A stretch of 24,000 nt of DNA from Romboutsia sp. 1001713B170131_170501_G6. GTDB taxonomy: Bacteria; Bacillota; Clostridia; Peptostreptococcales; Peptostreptococcaceae. The notes below the pieces were generated by a model, which saw only the letters and a program-made list of their open reading frames with translations, ran no database searches and was not told where the DNA came from. Shown here piece by piece: positions 1 through 8,879 of this stretch; positions within the stretch are counted from its first letter, which is position 1, and every line of letters begins with the position of its first letter. The DNA is taken from assembly GCF_015668195.1 (NCBI RefSeq), contig NZ_JADPFC010000012.1, forward strand, positions 1 through 24,000. Reading direction: 5' to 3'. The position numbers were made by a program, and so were the translations under genes.

Positions 1-73
1 TGACCCATCCGCGACTCGAACGCGGGACACCCTGATTAAAAGTCAGGTGCTCTACCGACTGAGCTAATGGGTC
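1..73 (-). tRNA. tRNA-Lys (anticodon UUU)
   Basis: The reverse complement folds by hand into a full cloverleaf. Acceptor GACCCAT/ATGGGTC; D stem GCTC/GAGC; anticodon stem CCTGA/TCAGG with loop CTTTTAA (anticodon TTT); T stem CCGCG/CGCGG with loop TTCGAGT; discriminator A at position 1. Any CCA would lie outside the window. Confidence 0.95.
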
Positions 74-124
74 ATTTCCTTTTTGCCTTTCGGCTTGTTC
101 GTGTTTCTCTCACTCACAAATATT

Positions 125-153
125 ATTATATTAGGTTCATACACTTTCGTCAA
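125..153 (-). promoter_or_regulatory. Sigma-A type promoter driving the tRNA-Lys transcription unit
   Basis: The minus strand reads TTGACG (153-148), an exact 17-nt spacer, then TATAAT (130-125). An A/T-rich tract further upstream (about 154-200) resembles an UP element. The tRNA 5' end lies about 45 nt downstream. Confidence 0.7.
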
Positions 154-480
154 CACTTTTTTTACATTTTTTTATATTTTTTTACTTTTTTGGGTATTTT
201 TCTACCAAACCCAGTAAATAACAGTGGTTCAGAGATTAACTTTTTATTAAAAATTACTTAATTTTAAATATTTAATAATTATATGACCTATATTTTTTAA
301 AAATTAGGGTATAAATAATAATTTATAGGTAAATATTTTAATTAACATTTTGAGCAATGGACAAAGTCTTTTACGATATTAGCAAAGCAAGTTTTTATTT
401 AATATTTATAAAATACCTTTAGATACAAATATCTAAAAATTTTTTTCTATTTTTAAATTTAAAGTAATTTTATATATGCT

Positions 481-511
481 AAAAAAGTGTAGTGGATATA
501 ATCCACTACAC
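481..511 (-). terminator. Rho-independent terminator after purA
   Basis: 10-bp stem GTGTAGTGGA/TCCACTACAC (487-496 and 502-511) with a 5-nt loop, followed on the minus strand by T6 (481-486). It lies 10 nt after the purA stop. Confidence 0.85.
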
Positions 512-520
512 TTATGTATA

Positions 521-1875
<1,355 letters not shown>

Positions 1876-1888
1876 TTTTCAAACTTTT

Positions 1889-2194
1889 TTATTTACACTT
1901 TAAGTTTAATATGTATTTTTTTATATCTTCTAAGCTATTTAAACCCTTTATTGTTCCTTCTGATTTTTCTATACCTTTTATAAATTTTTCTACTTCTCCT
2001 ATTTTAGATACACCTAAAATTTCTTTATTTTCTCCAGACATTGTATCCATCATCATAATCTTATAGTTAGATTCTTTTTTGCAGTAAAATACTAATGTCT
2101 CTTTTATATTATTATCAATTATTCTAAATAAATTTATTTCTTTGTTTATTTCTATTATTTTTGGATATATATATAATACATTTATATGCAACAC
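1889..2194 (-). CDS. Hypothetical small protein (101 aa), no recognisable family
   Basis: Open frame with a GTG start preceded by GGGGGA 5 nt upstream. It sits between the dnaB terminator and the purA promoter. Lys/Ile/Glu/Asn-rich composition resembles neighbouring genes. An internal MMMDT start is possible. I recognise no motif. Confidence 0.45.
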   Translation of the reverse strand: MLHINVLYIYPKIIEINKEINLFRIIDNNIKETLVFYCKKESNYKIMMMDTMSGENKEILGVSKIGEVEKFIKGIEKSEGTIKGLNSLEDIKKYILNLKCK

Positions 2195-2245
2195 ATTTTT
2201 CCCCCATAAAAAATTTGTATTTATAAATATTAAGTTGTAAACAAT

Positions 2246-2274
2246 AAAAGCAAGCTAATAGCTTGCTTTTTTTT
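2246..2274. terminator. Bidirectional hairpin terminator downstream of dnaB
   Basis: Stem AAAAGCAAGCT/AGCTTGCTTTT (2246-2256 and 2260-2270) with loop AAT. A T8 run follows on the plus strand and TTTTATTGTTT follows on the minus strand. Confidence 0.7.
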
Positions 2275-2278
2275 GTAC

Positions 2279-2439
2279 TTATTCACATTTATCAACAGGT
2301 TACATGTGGATAATGTGGATAAGTGTTTTTGTATTTTTCAACATTTATGATTTTTTTCCTACATTTATCCACACACTTTAACCAATTTCAAAGAAATTTC
2401 TGTGGATATCTTATTTACATATCCCTAGATTTATCCGCA
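2279..2439. promoter_or_regulatory. DnaA-box cluster (7 boxes) in the dnaB 3' region
   Basis: Matches to TTATCCACA/TGTGGATAA: TTATTCACA 2279-2287 (1 mismatch); TTATCAACA 2289-2297 (1 mismatch); TGTGGATAA 2305-2313 and 2314-2322 (both perfect and abutting); TTATCCACA 2365-2373 (perfect); TGTGGATAT 2401-2409 (1 mismatch); TTATCCGCA 2431-2439 (1 mismatch, inside the last dnaB codons). Confidence 0.75.
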
Positions 2440-3743
2440 AATTTTTGAACTTCGCCAAGCCAAACTAGTTCTACTGCACCAGTTTCACCATGTCTATTTT
2501 TAGCTATTATTACCTCTCCTATGTTCTTTTTTTCTGAATCTGGATGATAATATTCATCTCTATATAAAAACATTACTATATCAGCATCCTGCTCTATTGC
2601 TCCAGATTCTCTTAAATCTGATAGCATAGGTCTATGATCTGCTCTTTGCTCTGGTGCACGAGATAGCTGAGATAATGCTACTACTGGACAATTAAGTTCT
2701 TTTGCGATTATTTTTAGAGATCTTGATATTTTTGATATTTCTTGCTGTCTACTTTCATTATTACCTTCACCTTCCATAAGTTGAAGATAATCTATAAGTA
2801 TTAAATCTAATCCTTGCTCTATTTTAAGCTTTCTACATTTTGATCTTAATTCTGATATTTTTATACCTGGAGTATCATCTATATATATCTTAGCATTAGA
2901 TAAAACTGCCATAGAATCTATTATTCTAGGCCAGTCATTTTCTCCTAGCTTTCCTGTTTTTAACTTTTTAAGCTCTACGCTAGATTGTGATGATAACATA
3001 CGTTGAACTAACTGTTCTTTAGACATCTCTAAACTAAATACAGCTACAGATGCATCACCTTTTAGTGCTGCATTTTGGACAAGATTTAATGAAAACGCAG
3101 TTTTACCCATAGCCGGACGAGCTGCTATTAATATTAAGTCTGTTCTCTGTAATCCATTTATCTTTTTGTTTAAGTCTTTAAAACCAGTCGTTATTCCTGT
3201 TATTTCACTTTTTGATGTGTATAGATGTTCAATCATATCATAAGTATCCATTAGTACACTGTTTATAGATTTAAAATCATCACTAGCTTTTTCTTGAGAT
3301 ATATCAAATATCTGTTTTTCTGCTTTTTCTAATACATCTTCTATTTTCGAGGAACCTTCATATCCTAAGCTTATAATTTCATTAGATGCTTTTATAAGTT
3401 GTCTTAAAACTGATTTTTCCTTCACTATATCTGCATAATACTTCACATTAGATGTTGTAGGGACAATTGTTGATAAACTTGTTATATAACTTATGCCTCC
3501 TACATCATCTAAATGTCCTTCTTTTTTAAGTTCTTCTGTTAGGGTTATTAAGTCTATTGGTTCACCTTTATTACTTAACTTTATCATGCATTCATATATG
3601 ATTTTGTGAGCTTCTTTGTAAAAGTCATTTGGCTTTATAGTTTCACTCACCGTTATCATTGCATCTTTATCAAGTAATATAGATCCTAATATAGACTGTT
3701 CTGATTCCACACTATGTGGAGGAATTCTAGTCATATCCTCCAT
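2415..3743 (-). CDS. dnaB: Replicative DNA helicase (DnaB family; called DnaC in Bacillus nomenclature)
   Basis: 442 aa. DnaB-type N-terminus (PPHSVESEQSILGSILLD), Walker A ARPAMGKTAF and a RecA-like C-terminal domain. Shine-Dalgarno GAGGTGA lies 6 nt upstream. The conserved rplI-dnaB linkage supports the call. Confidence 0.95.
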   Translation of the reverse strand: MEDMTRIPPHSVESEQSILGSILLDKDAMITVSETIKPNDFYKEAHKIIYECMIKLSNKGEPIDLITLTEELKKEGHLDDVGGISYITSLSTIVPTTSNVKYYADIVKEKSVLRQLIKASNEIISLGYEGSSKIEDVLEKAEKQIFDISQEKASDDFKSINSVLMDTYDMIEHLYTSKSEITGITTGFKDLNKKINGLQRTDLILIAARPAMGKTAFSLNLVQNAALKGDASVAVFSLEMSKEQLVQRMLSSQSSVELKKLKTGKLGENDWPRIIDSMAVLSNAKIYIDDTPGIKISELRSKCRKLKIEQGLDLILIDYLQLMEGEGNNESRQQEISKISRSLKIIAKELNCPVVALSQLSRAPEQRADHRPMLSDLRESGAIEQDADIVMFLYRDEYYHPDSEKKNIGEVIIAKNRHGETGAVELVWLGEVQKFADKSRDM

Positions 3744-3767
3744 TGTTTATCACCTCAAGTGTCTTTT

Positions 3768-4217
3768 CTATTGTTTCTCTTTTACATCTACTCTCATCTT
3801 AGTAGTTACTTTTTGATGTATCTTTATCTCAACGAATCTTGAACCTAAAGCTCTTATTGGTTCATCTAAGTGTATTTTTCTCTTATCTACTTCTATAGAG
3901 TGTTGTTTTTTTATTTGTTCTGCTATATCTTTAGATGTTATTGATCCAAATAATCTTCCACCATCACCAGCTTTAGAGTATATAACAACATTTAATTCTT
4001 CCATTTTCTTTCCTAATTCTACTGCTGCTTCGTACTCTTTTTGAGCTTTTATTTCTTCAGATTTCTTCTTTTCACCTAATTCTTTTACTGCTGTATTATC
4101 TGCTACAACTGCTAATTTCTTTTTAAGTAAGAAGTTTCTTGCGTATCCATCACTTACTTCTTTTACTTCACCTTTTTTACCAGTTCCTTTAACGTCTTTT
4201 AATAATATAACTTTCAT
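3768..4217 (-). CDS. rplI: 50S ribosomal protein L9
   Basis: 149 aa with the typical L9 N-terminus [30 protein letters not shown]. The ATG abuts the gdpP stop, and the Shine-Dalgarno AAGGAGGAG lies within the gdpP 3' end. Confidence 0.95.
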   Translation of the reverse strand: MKVILLKDVKGTGKKGEVKEVSDGYARNFLLKKKLAVVADNTAVKELGEKKKSEEIKAQKEYEAAVELGKKMEELNVVIYSKAGDGGRLFGSITSKDIAEQIKKQHSIEVDKRKIHLDEPIRALGSRFVEIKIHQKVTTKMRVDVKEKQ

Positions 4218-6212
4218 CTATTTCTCCTCCTTTATGCATTCGTCAATTATATCTTGTACCATTGAATATGCAGTTTTTAATGAAACACCTTCTAATTGAG
4301 CACCTGCTATATCCTTGTGCCCTCCTCCGCCTAGTTTTTCCATAAGAACATGTACATTGGTTTCTCCTAATGACCTTGCACTTATGAATATTTTATCATC
4401 TTTTTTTCCTAGGACAAATGATGCTTCAACTTCCTTTATATTTAATAATTCATCTGCTGCTTGTGCTATTACTATATTTATGTTATCTGCTACTCTTTCT
4501 GTATAAGCTAAACAGATTTTTCCATAAACTATCTTAGCACTTTGTATGATTTCAGCCTTAGTTATAAAATCACTTATGTCTGAGTTAAATAGCTTTTTGA
4601 CTTCTACAGTATCTGCACCTACTTTTTTAAGATATGATGCAGCTTCAAAGGTTCTTACCCCTGTTTTGAAGGCGAAATTTTTAGTATCTAGCGTTATACC
4701 AGCTAATAAGCCTTCTGCAGTTAATTTGTTTATTTTTACATTATCCTCCATGTATTGAACTAGCTCAGTTACCATCTCACATGTAGATGATACGTATATT
4801 TCATGGAATAAAAGTACCGTATCATTTATAAATTCAACACCTCTTCTGTGGTGATCTATTACTACGATTTTATCAGATATACCTAAGAGTTCATTACATT
4901 CTGTAAAATTAGGTCTATGAGTATCAACTACTACTATAAGTGTATTTCTCGTACAACTTCTTATAGCTTCTTCGCTATCTATAAATATTCCATCATAATA
5001 ATCTGAAGATTCTATTCTATCTACAAATATATCTATTGATTCATTTGTACTGTCTAGAACTATATTGGCTTTTTTACCGCAAGATTTACATATATCATAT
5101 ATTCCAACTGCCGACCCCATAGCATCCATATCTGGATATTTATGTCCCATTATATATACATGATCACTTTCTAATATAATTTCTCTTAGTGCATGACCTA
5201 TTAATCTTGATTTTACTTTTGTAGTTTTTTCTACTGCTTTAGATTTTCCACCGTAGAATACTGACTTATCTTTAGTTTTTATAACAGCTTGATCTCCACC
5301 TCTACCTAAAGCTAAATCAAGAGCTCCAGAGGCTAATTTTAAATTTTCATTTATTGAATCTCCATCTACACCTATTCCCATACTTATGGTAACAGGTAAT
5401 GTATTTCCATAGTCTATTTCTCTTATTTTATCTAGTACAGAAAATTTTTCACTTTCTAGCTTTTTAAGTTCTTTTTTGTTCATAACTAAGAAAAATTTAT
5501 CTTTTGATGTTCTTTTTAATGCTGACTTAGATGTATTTTCTAAATTAGAAAGAATTCTTTCTATTTCAACATTTATCATTGGTCTTTTATCCTCTGATGC
5601 ACTTTTTAACACATCATCGTATCCATCAATCTGAATCAACATCATAGAATTTTTCTCATCTTCATGCTTTTGCTGTAAATTTAGATAATCTGTCTTATCT
5701 AACCAATATAACATCATTAGATATTTTGCATTTTTTTCTTGATCATTTTTTACAACATTGTATACTACGGTATAATCTCTGTCTTTATACTTTACATCTG
5801 TGTACATTTCTTTATTTTCATTTAAAACTTTTCTAAGATCTAGATTTTTTACTATATCATCAATGTTTTCACCTAATAAATCTTGTGTTTCCGTCATCTG
5901 ATGGAATTTATTATTGTACCAAGATATTTTTCCATCAAATTCTAATATACAAAGTGGAATAGGCAAATTCATTATTGCTTTTTTTGTTGTTTCATCTATA
6001 TCTAAAGATAGATTTTGAATGTAATTATTCCATTCCTTTCTTCTAATATTAGTAGTTTTCCAGTTGTGGAAAACTATATATAAGAAAATAAGGAAAAATA
6101 AGCAACCTACATAAAAATCATATAAAAGTAGTGCTGTACTCGCTACACCTATAATTAATATGTATACATTATTTTCTGGCATATTAATTTTCAAGGCTGG
6201 TTTGTTCCTCAT
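4218..6212 (-). CDS. gdpP: Cyclic-di-AMP phosphodiesterase GdpP (YybT family; TM-PAS-degenerate GGDEF-DHH/DHHA1)
   Basis: 664 aa. Two N-terminal hydrophobic helices, DHH motifs (GHKYPDMDAMGS and VVIDHHRRG) and the DHHA1 motif GGGGH. The conserved yybS-gdpP-rplI-dnaB order supports the call. Shine-Dalgarno is AAGGAGGG. Confidence 0.9.
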   Translation of the reverse strand: MRNKPALKINMPENNVYILIIGVASTALLLYDFYVGCLFFLIFLYIVFHNWKTTNIRRKEWNNYIQNLSLDIDETTKKAIMNLPIPLCILEFDGKISWYNNKFHQMTETQDLLGENIDDIVKNLDLRKVLNENKEMYTDVKYKDRDYTVVYNVVKNDQEKNAKYLMMLYWLDKTDYLNLQQKHEDEKNSMMLIQIDGYDDVLKSASEDKRPMINVEIERILSNLENTSKSALKRTSKDKFFLVMNKKELKKLESEKFSVLDKIREIDYGNTLPVTISMGIGVDGDSINENLKLASGALDLALGRGGDQAVIKTKDKSVFYGGKSKAVEKTTKVKSRLIGHALREIILESDHVYIMGHKYPDMDAMGSAVGIYDICKSCGKKANIVLDSTNESIDIFVDRIESSDYYDGIFIDSEEAIRSCTRNTLIVVVDTHRPNFTECNELLGISDKIVVIDHHRRGVEFINDTVLLFHEIYVSSTCEMVTELVQYMEDNVKINKLTAEGLLAGITLDTKNFAFKTGVRTFEAASYLKKVGADTVEVKKLFNSDISDFITKAEIIQSAKIVYGKICLAYTERVADNINIVIAQAADELLNIKEVEASFVLGKKDDKIFISARSLGETNVHVLMEKLGGGGHKDIAGAQLEGVSLKTAYSMVQDIIDECIKEEK

Positions 6213-6223
6213 TACTTCCCTCC

Positions 6224-7180
6224 TTACGCAGATTTATAGCTTCTTACCTTTCTAAAATCTATTACACTATCTAACATCCCTAAGAAAGATATACCCATAA
6301 ATCCGAATATATATAGGATTAATCCTGATATAAATATATTTTTTATTTGACTAGCTTTAAACCAATTTCTTAGGTAATATACAGAAACTGCTATACCCTG
6401 AGCCATAAACATAAAATTAAAAACTAGTTGAAGATTCATTATGATTAAATCACCATGAAAATTTAAGCCTAACATATCAATTAAGAAAACTAGTATGTAT
6501 AGCATAAGTGACACCATTACTGGATTTCCCGGTAAATAAAAATCTCTAAATTTAGGCATTTCTAAATTTACCATTCTTATTCTTTTTAATATAAATACCT
6601 CAATGTAGTATGTAACAAACGCTAATACTATCCCCTGTAAAAATAGCATTGTAGGTAAAAGATTTTGTGCAAAGGTAATTACATCTTCTACTTTTAATCC
6701 ACTACTTACATCTACACCTGCATCACCTAAAATTTGAAGCTGAACACTTACAGCTTCCTTCATACCATTCATAAAGTTATCTAATAAATTAGTTTTGAAC
6801 ACCACATTTGCTATAGTATAGAAAATTATAGTTGAAATTATAACTATAATTGTTCCTGCATATATAGGTTCAAACTTATTTTCTTGACCTTCTTTTATGT
6901 TTTTTCTTGCAATACTACCTATAACTATCCCAGGAAGTACGCTCATAATACTAATACTCACAGCATATGTTATATCTACACCAAATATAAGTATTAAAAA
7001 AGTAATTATCAAAGATAATATTGAGTACTTATTATTACTTATGGTTCCTATTATTGCATAAGGTACTGGTATTAAAAAACTTAGTACAGCAAATATAGGA
7101 ACGTATGCTGTTATTAGAGCTAATAATATCCCTAGCGTAACTATCATCGATACTTGCGATAGTTTTACTTTATCATTCAA
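6224..7180 (-). CDS. yybS: YybS family (DUF2232) multi-pass membrane protein
   Basis: 318 aa with many hydrophobic segments, in the conserved position immediately upstream of gdpP. TTG start preceded by AAGGAGTGA. Confidence 0.8.
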   Translation of the reverse strand: MNDKVKLSQVSMIVTLGILLALITAYVPIFAVLSFLIPVPYAIIGTISNNKYSILSLIITFLILIFGVDITYAVSISIMSVLPGIVIGSIARKNIKEGQENKFEPIYAGTIIVIISTIIFYTIANVVFKTNLLDNFMNGMKEAVSVQLQILGDAGVDVSSGLKVEDVITFAQNLLPTMLFLQGIVLAFVTYYIEVFILKRIRMVNLEMPKFRDFYLPGNPVMVSLMLYILVFLIDMLGLNFHGDLIIMNLQLVFNFMFMAQGIAVSVYYLRNWFKASQIKNIFISGLILYIFGFMGISFLGMLDSVIDFRKVRSYKSA

Positions 7181-7187
7181 ATTAGAT

Positions 7188-7508
7188 TCACTCCTTATTA
7201 TCTATATGTTTTTTGAGTTCAGATAACTCACCATACCATCTTTCTATACTATGATTCTCATTTATTCCTAGTTTTATCTTTTCTTTTATTTTATAATCCA
7301 TTTCGTTAAAACTAATTCCCAATCTTTTTGCTAAAAGGTATGTTATCATTATAATATTTGCTAAAGTATCTTGTAATGCCTCATCTAAAGGCTTTACTCC
7401 TTTAAACATTAAGTTAAACAAATCCCCTACGCTCATTAACAACTCTGTTTTCATCCATTCCATTATTTTAACGTTTCTTGCTATATCGGAATTCCTATCT
7501 AATCTCAC
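7188..7508 (-). CDS. Small MazG-like (all-alpha NTP-pyrophosphohydrolase-like) family protein
   Basis: 106 aa. GTG start with AAGGAGGGGG 5 nt upstream. The helical pattern ...DEALQDTLANIIMITYLLAKRLGISFNEM... resembles MazG-type folds, but the acidic motif looks degenerate. The family call comes from pattern memory only. Confidence 0.5.
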   Translation of the reverse strand: MRLDRNSDIARNVKIMEWMKTELLMSVGDLFNLMFKGVKPLDEALQDTLANIIMITYLLAKRLGISFNEMDYKIKEKIKLGINENHSIERWYGELSELKKHIDNKE

Positions 7509-7534
7509 AGTTGCCCCCTCCTTAATATATAAAT

Positions 7535-7562
7535 ATTATATCATAAATCATAGTAGATTTAA
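7535..7562 (-). promoter_or_regulatory. Candidate promoter for the MazG-like/yybS/gdpP/rplI/dnaB unit
   Basis: The minus strand reads TTAAAT, a 16-nt spacer, then TGaTATAAT (extended -10, TATAAT at 7540-7535). It lies just downstream of the rpsR terminator. Confidence 0.4.
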
Positions 7563-7572
7563 CTAGAATAAC

Positions 7573-7596
7573 AAAAAAACGAGCCATAAGGCTCGT
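7573..7596 (-). terminator. Rho-independent terminator after rpsR
   Basis: Stem ACGAGCC/GGCTCGT (7579-7585 and 7590-7596) with a 4-nt loop, followed on the minus strand by T7 (7573-7579). Confidence 0.85.
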
Positions 7597-7601
7597 CCTT
7601 C

Positions 7602-7829
7602 TTATTCTACAGTGTATGGTAAAAGTGCTATGTTTCTAGCTCTCTTTATAGCAACTGTTAATTCTCTTTGATGCTTAGCGCATGTTCCAGATATTCTTCT
7701 TGGTAATATTTTACCTCTCTCAGTTACATATTTTTGTAATCTTTGAGTGTTTTTGTAATCTATCTTAACGTCTTTTGAAGCACAGAATTGACAAACTCTT
7801 CTCTTCTTACGTCTCTTCTTGTTTATCAT
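7602..7829 (-). CDS. rpsR: 30S ribosomal protein S18
   Basis: The track ORF is 7602..7868. The true start is the ATG at 7829 ([16 protein letters not shown]...), with AAAGGAGGG 7 nt upstream. The longer form would overlap the ssb 3' end. The C-terminus [18 protein letters not shown] is typical of S18. Confidence 0.93.
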   Translation of the reverse strand: MINKKRRKKRRVCQFCASKDVKIDYKNTQRLQKYVTERGKILPRRISGTCAKHQRELTVAIKRARNIALLPYTVE

Positions 7830-7845
7830 AACATTTCCCTCCTTT

Positions 7846-8295
7846 TTAGAATGGTATATCGTCGTCATCTATAGCTTGGAAACCTTGAGGGTCTAATCCT
7901 TGTGGTTCAAACGTAGGCTCGAAACTAGGTTCAAATCCTGGTTGATTTCCTTTATTATACGAATTTTCCGATTTATTTCTACTATCTAAGAACTGTACTC
8001 TGTTAGCATTAACTCTAAACGCTCTTCTGTTTTCTCCAGCTTGGTTTTGATATACATCCACTCTTATTGAGCCTTGTACAGCTACTAAACTTCCTTTACC
8101 GATATAGTTAGCGCAATTCTCTGCAGATTTGCCCCAAACTTGTATATCTATAAAATCCGTTTCTCTCTTACCATCTTTGCCTGAGAATTCTCTATCAATA
8201 GCTATTGAGAAATTAGCAACAGGAGTTCCACTTCCTGCGATGTATCTTAACTCTGGGTCTCTTGTTAATCTACCCACTAAAACAACATGGTTCAT
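7846..8295 (-). CDS. ssb: Single-stranded DNA-binding protein
   Basis: 149 aa. OB-fold N-terminus [18 protein letters not shown], a Gly/Pro/Gln-rich linker and an acidic tip DDDDIPF. It sits in the conserved rpsF-ssb-rpsR operon. Confidence 0.95.
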   Translation of the reverse strand: MNHVVLVGRLTRDPELRYIAGSGTPVANFSIAIDREFSGKDGKRETDFIDIQVWGKSAENCANYIGKGSLVAVQGSIRVDVYQNQAGENRRAFRVNANRVQFLDSRNKSENSYNKGNQPGFEPSFEPTFEPQGLDPQGFQAIDDDDIPF

Positions 8296-8329
8296 AATAA
8301 CACCGCCTTTTACATAATAAAACTAGTCA

Positions 8330-8608
8330 TTAAGCAGCAACTATCATGTGTCTTATTACGTTTTCGTTTATCTTTAAGTTTCTATCTAATTCTTTTGGTA
8401 ATTCAACACCAGCGCTGAAGTTTACTAATACATAGTGACCTTCGTTGAACTTAGCTATTGGGTAAGCTAATTTTCTAGTTCCCCATACGTCAACGTTAGC
8501 TACTTCACCGTCAGTAGATATAACTTCCTTAACCTTGTTAAGTACAGCTTCTCTAGTTTCTTCATCAGCATTTGGCTTTACTACGAAAACTAATTCATAA
8601 TTTCTCAT
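8330..8608 (-). CDS. rpsF: 30S ribosomal protein S6
   Basis: 92 aa with the typical S6 start MRNYELVFVVKP. Shine-Dalgarno is AAGGGAGGTGA. Confidence 0.95.
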   Translation of the reverse strand: MRNYELVFVVKPNADEETREAVLNKVKEVISTDGEVANVDVWGTRKLAYPIAKFNEGHYVLVNFSAGVELPKELDRNLKINENVIRHMIVAA

Positions 8609-8680
8609 TATCTTTTCACCTCCCTTTGGACTTAACGGCTCTACTTCGTAGAGCAGAGAAATGAGATTAAAATCTCATAC
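8609..8680 (-). promoter_or_regulatory. Structured rpsF 5' UTR (candidate S6:S18-responsive leader)
   Basis: Two 7-bp hairpins lie in the leader: ATGAGAT/ATCTCAT (8661-8678) and GCTCTAC/GTAGAGC (8638-8654). A CCG follows, just upstream of the Shine-Dalgarno. I inferred the leader limits from the promoter at 8687-8715. Identity with the published rpsF leader motif is not verified. Confidence 0.4.
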
Positions 8681-8686
8681 TTACAC

Positions 8687-8715
8687 ATTTTATCATTACT
8701 AAAGATAATTGTCAA
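8687..8715 (-). promoter_or_regulatory. rpsF-ssb-rpsR operon promoter
   Basis: The minus strand reads TTGACA (8715-8710), a 17-nt spacer, then TAAAAT (8692-8687) preceded by TGa (extended -10). Confidence 0.7.
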
Positions 8716-8840
8716 TTTATATTTCTTCATATATTATGGTAAATTTTTTTGTTTTTAATACGTATATATTAAATTATGATGGATAATACTATTTATATAT
8801 AGCCCCCATAACTTAAATATATTTCATCCCAATCTCCCCT

Positions 8841-8872
8841 AAAAAAGAGTGACCGTAGGTCACTCTTTTTTT
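8841..8872. terminator. Bidirectional rho-independent terminator after the aminotransferase gene
   Basis: 9-bp stem AGAGTGACC/GGTCACTCT (8846-8854 and 8858-8866) with loop GTA. It is flanked by A6 and T7 runs, so a U-tract exists on either strand. Confidence 0.85.
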
Positions 8873-8879
8873 ATACTAT

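Noticed and set aside
67-261. 64-aa plus-strand ORF
   Set aside because: It overlaps the tRNA-Lys 5' end and runs through the tRNA promoter and UP-like region. It has no Shine-Dalgarno, and its Phe/Tyr/Ile-rich sequence is typical of translated AT-rich non-coding DNA.
200-480. About 280 bp of AT-rich, apparently empty intergenic DNA between the purA terminator and the tRNA promoter, checked for sRNA, small ORF or repeats
   Set aside because: I could identify no stable hairpin, promoter-terminator pair, repeat, or Shine-Dalgarno-preceded ORF. It is probably just an upstream activating or curved region for the tRNA promoter.
2323-2364. Possible DnaA-trio (repeated TAG-type triplets) next to the tandem perfect DnaA boxes, which would suggest an origin-like unwinding module
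   Set aside because: Neither flank of the tandem boxes shows a run of TAG/TAA-type triplet repeats in register or an adjacent GC clamp. The evidence supports only a binding cluster, not a second origin.
7830-7868. N-terminal extensions given by the ORF track for rpsR (7868), purA (1819), soj (15960), mnmG (19619) and mnmE (21054)
   Set aside because: In each case the upstream alternative start lies within or upstream of the gene's own Shine-Dalgarno, or overlaps the preceding gene. A downstream start with proper Shine-Dalgarno spacing gives the family-typical N-terminus.
8777-8786. TGATGGATAA, a DnaA-box-like sequence upstream of the rpsF promoter
   Set aside because: It has two mismatches to the 9-mer consensus and is isolated. 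That is expected by chance in AT-rich sequence.
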